A DNA stretch of 64,000 bases from IMG/VR virus record IMGVR_UViG_3300027763_000054; one strand, given 5' to 3'. A program made the translations under genes and the position numbers. Numbering within the stretch: position 1 is the first letter of the stretch; every line of letters begins with the position of its first letter. This DNA is from an uncultured virus (IMG/VR IMGVR_UViG_3300027763_000054). Lineage: Duplodnaviria > Heunggongvirae > Uroviricota > Caudoviricetes. Positions 57,291-64,000 of the stretch are shown piece by piece. The notes beneath the pieces are model-generated. The model was not told the DNA's origin. It made no database searches and worked only from the letters and a program-made list of their open reading frames with translations.

Positions 57291-57973
57291 TATGCTGTAA
57301 AGTAACCTGGGAATTGCTGTGTCAATCCAGTTGCAAATGCACTGATGAAAGAATTAGCACCGGCGGTAAGTTTTTCTCTAGCTGTTGTTTCAGCACTTGA
57401 ATTCTTATCGTTCTTTGCTTTGATGAATTCTTTGAATCCGTCAAATACCTGAGTTAATACAGTTCTAACGTCACCAATTCTCCATAAATTATTATAGGTG
57501 TTTAGTAAGTTTGAAATGTCACTACTAACTTGGTAGTTCAACCGATCAGAAGGATCTTTAATATCATAATTGTTCTTGATATTTCTAGCAATAGTGAACA
57601 TCAAGATTGCTAAAGTTCTAAAACCATAATTGAGTCTTTCGCCAAATTCAACGCCATAATATGATTTGGCAAATTCGCCAATTCCGTCAATTTGTGCCCA
57701 AAGTGTCTCTTCTGCTTTGGCAGCATTTTCTGAATCGTTGTTTAGGATATATCCAAGGACGTTCAGAAGGTTTGTATCAAACGTATCGAAATATGTTTGA
57801 AGCACTGATTTTAATTCAGCACTTGTCATTACGTTTGGAGCCTTTGGCGGCTTTACGTATTTGTTTTTCTTAACAACCGGGCCAATGGCAGGTTGATCTG
57901 CCATTGCTTGTTCTGCCAAAGCAGGATGGTTGTAGTGATGTTCTTCAATTGTATGTTTAATTACTTTATACAT
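57290..57973 (-). CDS. Helical-bundle hypothetical protein, paralog of 62568-63263
   Basis: MYK...H.I.E.HY N-terminus, IG.F...YYG, C-terminal G...QFP..F. Confidence 0.75.
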   Translation of the reverse strand: MYKVIKHTIEEHHYNHPALAEQAMADQPAIGPVVKKNKYVKPPKAPNVMTSAELKSVLQTYFDTFDTNLLNVLGYILNNDSENAAKAEETLWAQIDGIGEFAKSYYGVEFGERLNYGFRTLAILMFTIARNIKNNYDIKDPSDRLNYQVSSDISNLLNTYNNLWRIGDVRTVLTQVFDGFKEFIKAKNDKNSSAETTAREKLTAGANSFISAFATGLTQQFPGYFTA

Positions 57974-58007
57974 GATTTTTCCTTTAAATTAATTCTCTCA
58001 GAGAATA

Positions 58008-58625
58008 TTAGATTATACGCCATCCGGCGCGAAATATTACTGTTATACTGGCATTAGAATTTAATGATTTGCTAGTGCTACCATCTATCTTTTCAAGTCC
58101 CGTGCCAATGACGGTGGTACTACCACTGGCAGCTTCATTTTTAATAATATAAACTTTACCAGTTACACCTAATGGTAAAGTAACTATAGTCGGGTTAGCA
58201 GTAACACCAATATATCCATCACTTGCTGATGCTGTGTATGCCACTGCTGTACTGGTAGTTGTTTCAATACCAGGCTCTTGAACAGAAATAGTAACAGCAC
58301 CAGTGCCGCCACTTAATGTTACATTAGTACCTGCTATTAAACTGGTAACACCTGTGTTGTTGATTGTAAATGCCGAAGCCGGGCCTGTACTGGTTAAACT
58401 AGTAACACTAATGCCAGTACCAGCAGTGGGTGTAATACCTGTTACCACTGAGTTACCATTTAATTTCAATGCCGAAGTAGCGTTAATGGTATCAAATGTA
58501 ACTGATGCCGTAGTTGCTACACTCTGTGGTATAGATATAATGCCGTTAGCATCAACAGAGATATTTGAACCAACCTCTAGTACACCTTGTTCAGTTGTAG
58601 ATCCTAATGGAAATAGATATGACAT
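58008..58625 (-). CDS. Mini-fibre protein, paralog A
   Basis: MSY..P..STT..G N-terminus, AGT[GN] repeats, C-terminal TLP.G..G.VY..K...IDG...W domain. Confidence 0.75.
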   Translation of the reverse strand: MSYLFPLGSTTEQGVLEVGSNISVDANGIISIPQSVATTASVTFDTINATSALKLNGNSVVTGITPTAGTGISVTSLTSTGPASAFTINNTGVTSLIAGTNVTLSGGTGAVTISVQEPGIETTTSTAVAYTASASDGYIGVTANPTIVTLPLGVTGKVYIIKNEAASGSTTVIGTGLEKIDGSTSKSLNSNASITVIFRAGWRII

Positions 58626-58637
58626 TTTGTCTTCCTT

Positions 58638-59117
58638 TTATAAAATGTTCCATCGTGAACTGTCAAACACGAGTATAAACCCAGCGTCAGTTCCTAATGT
58701 TTTAAAACTACTGCCATCTATGGTTTCGCTTCCGTTGCCCTGAACCTTGCAATTGCCAGGCGCCTGATTTTTTACATAGTAGACTCTACCAAGCTCTCCT
58801 TTGGGTAATGTTAGTGTTATATTATTAGTCGTAGCACCAACATAATAGTCATCTTCTGTGATGGTGTAATTTACACTGGTTAATTTAACCTTTACTTTTT
58901 TACAACAATCATCTTCACCACCTGTTACTGATAATACACCCTTGGGTGTAATAGACAAACCGCTGCCAACTTGAACAACGCCAAGACTGGTAGTACTGGC
59001 TTCCTCACAATCTAATGTTACTGGAACGATGCCAGCTGGTTGGATTACAGCTGGCGGTGGATTTTGCTTTAGTGCTTTCCCCGCCAATACTGTTTGTGGT
59101 AGTCTATTGTAGGCCAT
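58638..59117 (-). CDS. Mini-fibre protein, paralog B
   Basis: ASTTSLGVVQVGSGLSIT; DDCCKK; same C-terminal domain. Confidence 0.75.
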   Translation of the reverse strand: MAYNRLPQTVLAGKALKQNPPPAVIQPAGIVPVTLDCEEASTTSLGVVQVGSGLSITPKGVLSVTGGEDDCCKKVKVKLTSVNYTITEDDYYVGATTNNITLTLPKGELGRVYYVKNQAPGNCKVQGNGSETIDGSSFKTLGTDAGFILVFDSSRWNIL

Positions 59118-59126
59118 ATTAAATTA

Positions 59127-59528
59127 TTATAAAACCAACCATTGTGTACCGTTATACACAAATGTCAATGAACCATATGGCGCATTAATAACTGCTGTTG
59201 CGGCACCATCAATGGTACCGGCAGTTGGTGTGATAGTAATTGGTGTTGCTGGCGCGGCCAAACCTAGACCATCTTTGATTGTAAATGACTGGCCGGTTAC
59301 GCCCGCTGGCAATGTTACTGCTACAGCAACTGGTCCTGGTACTTGAATGCTGACGATATCATCTGTTGCGGCTACTACAGTTACTGGTGTAGCCACAGCA
59401 TTTCTAATTGCAACAATTGGTACACCGCTTGCGCTAATTGTAACTACCTCGGCACCGGTGCCTGTTGTTGGTGTTACTGTGATACCTGCTCCGGCAAGTA
59501 TCGAGCGTGGATTATTTGTATATGACAT
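59127..59528 (-). CDS. Mini-fibre protein, paralog C
   Basis: MSY start, AGAGITVT; TLPAG..G..F.IKD..G.A...PITI...IDG...YNGTQW. Confidence 0.75.
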   Translation of the reverse strand: MSYTNNPRSILAGAGITVTPTTGTGAEVVTISASGVPIVAIRNAVATPVTVVAATDDIVSIQVPGPVAVAVTLPAGVTGQSFTIKDGLGLAAPATPITITPTAGTIDGAATAVINAPYGSLTFVYNGTQWLVL

Positions 59529-59560
59529 GTTATGTCTCCTTTAATTAAATGCGTGGAAGA

Positions 59561-59935
59561 TCATGATATAGTCTTCCAATTTGTGCCGTCATACACTACC
59601 TGTATATGACTGTATCCACCATTGAGAATCGCAAAGGAAACACCATTAATGGTTTTGCCTCCGGCACTCGTAATAGTAATTGGATTCGTTTGAGCCGTCC
59701 CAGAATAATCTTTTATATAAAAACTACGCTGTAATACAACTGTGTTCGGGTTATTATCATCGTCGTCGTGAGTTTTATCTTTATTACCACAGCAGTCTTC
59801 ACCAGTGGCATTTCCGTTTGCTGGTAGTATCACTGAAGCTGGACCCGATGTTATATTGATGAAAACTACTTCATCTGTTGTTAGTATGTTATACGGTGTT
59901 GTTGTGACTATTTTGGTGTTTAAATTTAATGACAT
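59561..59935 (-). CDS. Mini-fibre protein, paralog D (head domain with acidic Cys-Cys loop)
   Basis: ILP..[EDCCGNKDKTHDDDD insert]..FYIKD..G.A..NPITI...ING...YDGTNW. Confidence 0.75.
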   Translation of the reverse strand: MSLNLNTKIVTTTPYNILTTDEVVFINITSGPASVILPANGNATGEDCCGNKDKTHDDDDNNPNTVVLQRSFYIKDYSGTAQTNPITITSAGGKTINGVSFAILNGGYSHIQVVYDGTNWKTIS

Positions 59936-59945
59936 AATATTTTCC

Positions 59946-60518
59946 TTAACTGATTCTGGTCAGTGTAATTTTTGCACTAAAGCCACTTGGGCGAATTGGT
60001 GTTATTGCGGCTGGCAACGCCACCAAACTTACTGTGGCGTCTGGGCTACTCCAACACATTTCGATGCTACTGCCTGCTGCCATATCCAATGTAAAATTAC
60101 CGCTTACAAACAGTTCACTGAGCGTGTTAATTAATTGTAGTTCCTGTCTTGATCCTGGCAGGTCAGCGTTGTTATATCGTAGCCAAATACTAATGCTACT
60201 TGTACCACCAGCTGTTTTGTTTAGAATCACTGTGAACTGTTTGTTATAGACTCCGGCGTTGGCTACAACTATCTGCGTTGGATCTCCAACCAATACACTT
60301 ACTCCATTGGTAGGATTTGGTGGATTTGGTGTCACATCAAAAGTTATAAGATTAATAAGATTGGCACCAGCACTATTCTGCGTGGTGCTACTGGAGACAA
60401 ATCCATAGTTGAGTAGGCCGGTACTGCCAGATATCACACCATCAGTAATACTGATGCCTGCGCCAACTTTGACAATGCCAAAGTCTGTGGTCGATGATAA
60501 TGGTGCTTTGTATGACAT
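59946..60518 (-). CDS. C1q/TNF-like (BclA C-terminal-like) jelly-roll protein
   Basis: MSYKAPLSSTTDFG anchor; ITFD...QIVVANAGVYN..F...IWLR.N...L..G..IE..W pattern. Confidence 0.65.
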   Translation of the reverse strand: MSYKAPLSSTTDFGIVKVGAGISITDGVISGSTGLLNYGFVSSSTTQNSAGANLINLITFDVTPNPPNPTNGVSVLVGDPTQIVVANAGVYNKQFTVILNKTAGGTSSISIWLRYNNADLPGSRQELQLINTLSELFVSGNFTLDMAAGSSIEMCWSSPDATVSLVALPAAITPIRPSGFSAKITLTRIS

Positions 60519-60527
60519 TGTATTCCT

Positions 60528-61082
60528 TTACAATTGAACTATAGTGCATCTAACACTAGGTGTTGCTGGTCTACTCGGTAGAATCTGTGCTACATTTGCC
60601 AACAGTTGCATAGCGGTATCGAGACTTTGCCAAGCAATCTCTACAACGTCTCCGGCACTAAGCGCCAGCGTATAATTCCACGCTGCCAATAACGGTTCAT
60701 TGGTAGTGTTAAGAGTTAGCGTAGTATTAGTATCTGGATAGTTTAGACTGTTTCTTAAAATCCAAATATCTATTTGATCCAATCCAGCATCCGTTTTGTC
60801 TATCTGTGCAGTAAATTGTAAATTGTAGTTGGCAGTTTTACTTACTTGTATCTGTGACGCTGTTAACAATGTTATACCAACATTAATGGCAGCATTATTA
60901 AATGTCATTTTATTAACAGCACTGGCCACTGGATTTGTTTGTGTTATTGTACTGTAAAAATATGCTTGGTCAAACAGAGCAATTGGTGTTACATTTAATA
61001 CCCCATTAGATATAGTCAGGTTAGTGCCTGGCTGTATCATACCTGGAGTACTAGCAGTAGCCAATGGTTCTCTATATGACAT
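60528..61082 (-). CDS. C1q/TNF-like (BclA C-terminal-like) jelly-roll protein
   Basis: MSYREPLATASTPG anchor; MTFN...IQV..TANYNLQF..Q...IWI.RN...LSAGDVVEIAW. Confidence 0.65.
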   Translation of the reverse strand: MSYREPLATASTPGMIQPGTNLTISNGVLNVTPIALFDQAYFYSTITQTNPVASAVNKMTFNNAAINVGITLLTASQIQVSKTANYNLQFTAQIDKTDAGLDQIDIWILRNSLNYPDTNTTLTLNTTNEPLLAAWNYTLALSAGDVVEIAWQSLDTAMQLLANVAQILPSRPATPSVRCTIVQL

Positions 61083-61531
61083 TAGACAATATTCCATTCT
61101 GTTCCATTAAAGATGAATTGTAAACTGCCATAGTTAACATTAATCGTAGCAGTACTAGCATCAACTAATTCACCACCAGTGCCTTGAATAGTAATTGGAT
61201 TGTTTGCCGCATCGCCAAAGCAATCTTTAACTATATAAACCGTGCCTAGTATGCCTGCGGGTAATGTAATTGTGACTACGCCATTGGTCAACACACATAA
61301 AAAATAATCAGTTGGCAGTGCTGTATACGTTGCAGTAGCAACATCTGTGACAGCTACTGGACTGGGATTACCTGCTGGTCCTGGAGGTCCAGGAGGTCCC
61401 GGTGGACCTACACCACCTCCACCATTTACATAAATGCTACCTGGTCCGCTTTCGTTGTACACCGGCGCAATTGGCCGAAAAATTGGTCTAATTATTCTCC
61501 TAATAATCGGTCGTCTATAAAAATGCATCAT
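61082..61531 (-). CDS. Mini-fibre protein with Arg-rich N-terminus and short collagen segment
   Basis: RRPIIRRIIRPIFRP; GPPGPPGPPGPAGNP; same C-terminal head domain (TLPAG..G.VYIVKD..G.A..NPITI...FNGTEW). Confidence 0.8.
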   Translation of the reverse strand: MMHFYRRPIIRRIIRPIFRPIAPVYNESGPGSIYVNGGGGVGPPGPPGPPGPAGNPSPVAVTDVATATYTALPTDYFLCVLTNGVVTITLPAGILGTVYIVKDCFGDAANNPITIQGTGGELVDASTATINVNYGSLQFIFNGTEWNIV

Positions 61532-62052
61532 CGTATTGCCCATGTTGATTTAAACTGGTCAATCTTGGCCAGCACTGGAGGAATCATTTTTTCAAATATT
61601 TTCCCCTCATTTTTGTTCTTAACTTCTACATCTTCTGCAACAGGCTCTACAGGTACAGGACTAATTTGCGTTACTTCATGGTCAACCACTGGTTCAACGC
61701 TAACTGGTACCAATTCATCAGTTAATTTTGTTTCTTCAATAATTGGTTTTACTTCTTGTGGTTTAACACTTACAATGGTTGCTTCATCATTCTTCACCAC
61801 ATTAGGTTCTTTTTGTACTGGCCCATTTAAAAATTCACCAAGTGCCGTGGCACGAGTAACAATATCTACTTCTGTGGGATAATGCGGGAATGGTGGATAT
61901 GCTAGCTTGATGCCGCGAGTTCGCCAAGCAACATCGGCCTCGGATAGCCAACGATTATGATCTTGCGCTCGTTTATCAATATATTCGTTAATAACAAGTT
62001 CTCTTGCCATGCGAAGAAGTTCAAGTCTTGATGTTACATTATTGTTACTCAT
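61528..62052 (-). CDS. Hypothetical protein
   Basis: RLELLRMARE...YPTE.DI..RA..L..F motif seen in T4-like phages; GAGGAG RBS. Confidence 0.75.
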   Translation of the reverse strand: MSNNNVTSRLELLRMARELVINEYIDKRAQDHNRWLSEADVAWRTRGIKLAYPPFPHYPTEVDIVTRATALGEFLNGPVQKEPNVVKNDEATIVSVKPQEVKPIIEETKLTDELVPVSVEPVVDHEVTQISPVPVEPVAEDVEVKNKNEGKIFEKMIPPVLAKIDQFKSTWAIR

Positions 62053-62061
62053 TGATTCTCC

Positions 62062-62313
62062 TCATCTAAGTTTATCTAAAGCAATTACTGCTATGGTTGC
62101 AAAACTGGATAATACAGCAACCGCAATAGTAATAACTTTGGCCATAAATTTCTTCTCTTCTTGAAGTTCATTTTTTATTTTTCTAATTTCTTCATCATAC
62201 TCTGCCAATTGCTGTTCATAACTCAAATGACGAGCAATGCCAAGCTCTACATGAACTGCTAGATTTTCTTTTTCTATTTCTTCTATGTTGTCAAGTTTTT
62301 CAAATTCTTTCAT
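62062..62313 (-). CDS. Coiled-coil plus C-terminal TM protein (paralog of 36877)
   Basis: IEKENLAVHVEL...; TM segment VITIAVAVLSSFATIAVIAL. Confidence 0.75.
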   Translation of the reverse strand: MKEFEKLDNIEEIEKENLAVHVELGIARHLSYEQQLAEYDEEIRKIKNELQEEKKFMAKVITIAVAVLSSFATIAVIALDKLR

Positions 62314-62564
62314 TTTATTTTATCCACTAATAAAATTGCCGCAGGTATTAATACTGCAAGTAATGTACCTCCGGCGACCATGGTTTGTATAACACTTTGC
62401 CTAGTAGAATCATTTTCTATAACAAAGTGATCAATTTCTTTTTCAACAGCGTCAATACGATGCTCCAGTGCATTATATCGTTGTATAGAAATTTCCACAT
62501 GCGCGGCCAAGTTTTCTTTTTCAATGTTGTCTGGGCTAGGAATAGTTGTTCGTGTTACAATCAT
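62310..62564 (-). CDS. Coiled-coil plus C-terminal TM protein (paralog of 36877)
   Basis: IEKENLAAHVEISIQRY...; TM segment MVAGGTLLAVLIPAAILLV. Confidence 0.75.
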   Translation of the reverse strand: MIVTRTTIPSPDNIEKENLAAHVEISIQRYNALEHRIDAVEKEIDHFVIENDSTRQSVIQTMVAGGTLLAVLIPAAILLVDKIK

Positions 62565-62567
62565 ATT

Positions 62568-63263
62568 TTATACCGTAAATGATAATGGAAATTGTGCAAT
62601 AACTCCTCTGCTGAGAACATCAGCAAGACTGGTATAGCCGCGATTAATATGATTAGGAATACCAGTGATTACTAACTTGCTTATGTTGTCTAAACTAATG
62701 GCGTCAGCTGATTCATCAGATGCAAATCTTGCTTTAATATTATCTGTCCAATATGCGGCCAAATTGGTAAACATATCTACTAAAAGTTCTTTAGGGAAAT
62801 TTGATGGGTTTAATTCATTTAGATAATCTGCCAATTCATTGATTGGACTGATCCATAGTGTTCTAAATTGATTCAAGTCTTTTCCGTTTTGCACAGTGTG
62901 TATTGTGTCAATGCCAATCCTAGCATACGCGGCAAGCAATGCACCAATTTTATAGCCTGCAGTCATTCCATAATATGGAACAAAAAAATCACCAATAGAG
63001 CTTGCTGCCTTGATTAGTCGTCCTTCGACTTGGCCAGCAGAATCAAGTTTGCCTTGCCTGGCAACAGAAAGATTTACCAATCCTAGAGCAAACTTTGTCC
63101 ATATTGTTCTGGAATCCATGCGAAATGTCAATGTTGATTCATTTATTACAAATGTAGGCAACGGACCCGTAAATGGTTGTGCTGGGATGTCAATGCTACC
63201 TGCACTAGGTGGCACCACACCATAATGTTCTTCTTGTATATTATGTGAAACTCGTTTATACAT
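62568..63263 (-). CDS. Helical-bundle hypothetical protein, paralog of 57290-57973
   Basis: MYKRVSHNIQEEHY; IGDFFVPYYG; LADYLNELNP; GVIAQFP. Confidence 0.75.
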   Translation of the reverse strand: MYKRVSHNIQEEHYGVVPPSAGSIDIPAQPFTGPLPTFVINESTLTFRMDSRTIWTKFALGLVNLSVARQGKLDSAGQVEGRLIKAASSIGDFFVPYYGMTAGYKIGALLAAYARIGIDTIHTVQNGKDLNQFRTLWISPINELADYLNELNPSNFPKELLVDMFTNLAAYWTDNIKARFASDESADAISLDNISKLVITGIPNHINRGYTSLADVLSRGVIAQFPLSFTV

Positions 63264-63265
63264 AA

Positions 63266-63463
63266 TCAGTAGATATTAATTGGATTAGCAATTTGGTTAA
63301 TTCCAGCGGCAATTCCTGTATTTGTAACTGTCTGATTAGACAATTGACTTTGATATGCATTTATACCCAAGTAATTGTAGTATGGATTGTATGCTCCATA
63401 ATATGGATATGGCATAATTGCACCAGGGCTCCTATAATAAGGATAATAGTAACTTCCAAACAT
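63266..63463 (-). CDS. Tyr/Pro-rich small protein with Asn/Gln/Thr-rich C-terminus
   Basis: GGAG RBS; YYYPYY...YPYYGAYNPYYNY...NQTVTNTGIAAGINQIANP. Confidence 0.7.
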   Translation of the reverse strand: MFGSYYYPYYRSPGAIMPYPYYGAYNPYYNYLGINAYQSQLSNQTVTNTGIAAGINQIANPINIY

Positions 63464-63482
63464 TTAAATCTCCATGTTTATT

Positions 63483-63512
63483 AAAAAACAGGCTTGATAG
63501 ACAAGCCTGTTT
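63483..63512 (-). terminator. Intrinsic terminator inside the minus-strand cassette
   Basis: AAACAGGCTTG / CAAGCCTGTTT inverted repeat running into a T tract on the minus strand. Confidence 0.7.
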
Positions 63513-63516
63513 ACTT

Positions 63517-63681
63517 TTACCAGTAGTAAGGGTAGCCGCCGTAGCCGCCATACCCACCGTAACCGTATCCACCATATGGTAGGCCAATGAAGCCTCCATA
63601 GTATGGGTAACCGATTCCAGCGGCCAGGTAAGGACGTTGAAATCCTCCCCACCCTCTATAACCTAATCCATTAAAAAACAT
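63517..63681 (-). CDS. 54-aa Gly/Tyr-rich protein (missed by ORF track)
   Basis: AAGGAGG RBS; MFFNGLGYRGWGGFQRPYLAAGIGYPYYGGFIGLPYGGYGYGGYGGYGGYPYYW. Confidence 0.75.
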   Translation of the reverse strand: MFFNGLGYRGWGGFQRPYLAAGIGYPYYGGFIGLPYGGYGYGGYGGYGGYPYYW

Positions 63682-63697
63682 CTTTGTTCCTCCTTAA

Positions 63698-64000
63698 TCA
63701 ACCAATGGTTGTTGGATTTGCAGACTGTACAGTACCTGCCATACTGTTGGTGTTGACTACTCGCTGTCCAGCAACTGAACTTTGAAATGCGTTAGTAGCA
63801 TTAAAATTATCAGCTGTTTGTACAGCGGCATTTAACCCACCATATGCCAGGCCTAAACTTGCATAATTCAACCCACCACCAATTAAGGCAGTGTTTGTAT
63901 TGATTAATGCGGTATTCAAGTTTTCTGTGTTTAGATCATTAATTAAATTACGATCACGTTCAGCTTGGCGCATTGCTTCTCGTTGAGTAGACATTGCTGT
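63698..64000 (-). CDS. Asn/Ala/Thr-rich protein, 5' part probably outside window
   Basis: Frame is open to the window edge; C-terminus QRVVNTNSMAGTVQSANP resembles that of 63266-63463. Confidence 0.65.
   Translation of the reverse strand, partial: TAMSTQREAMRQAERDRNLINDLNTENLNTALINTNTALIGGGLNYASLGLAYGGLNAAVQTADNFNATNAFQSSVAGQRVVNTNSMAGTVQSANPTTIG

Noticed and set aside
58008..61531. Diversity-generating retroelement acting on the fibre paralogs
   Set aside because: No reverse transcriptase in the window and no near-identical template/variable repeat pair; the paralogs are deeply diverged.
63464..63652. ORF-track 62-aa Trp/Arg-rich ORF
   Set aside because: Alternative frame of the Gly/Tyr-rich gene 63517-63681, which has the strong RBS; this ORF also runs through a terminator.
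1..64000. Stop-codon reassignment as seen in some jumbo phages
   Set aside because: Core genes (terL, sheath, nrdA/B, helicases) are full length in the standard code, and TAG/TGA end genes at sensible places.

Overview
64 kb segment of a large, AT-rich T4-like (myovirus, probably jumbo) phage genome read in the standard genetic code. Left to right: the end of a tail fibre with an S74 chaperone; neck, tail and packaging genes (gp13/14/15-like, sheath, tube, gp4, small and large terminase); a replication-recombination module (gp32, UvsX, UvsY, UvsW, primase, helicase, and a 199-aa miniature DnaE-like protein); putative head-packaged proteins; nrdA-nrdB-glutaredoxin; PAAR, M15 peptidase and a GH19 lysin; a circularly permuted two-piece tmRNA whose intervening segment holds a small ORF; host-like auxiliary genes (LpxH-like, GT2, ahpC-psiE-ahpD, HD hydrolase, kinase, phosphoesterase); and small early genes. 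The last ~7.4 kb is a minus-strand cassette of paralogous mini-fibre, C1q-like, collagen and Gly/Tyr-rich proteins plus a papain-like protease, resembling a spore-coat/exosporium toolkit. Visible regulatory logic: sigma70 early promoters with a palindromic operator, and a TAA(A/G)TA late motif that either sits 4-5 nt before start codons (leaderless mRNAs) or lies inside hairpins that hide the RBS. All protein calls come from motifs recognised by eye; no database searches were run.
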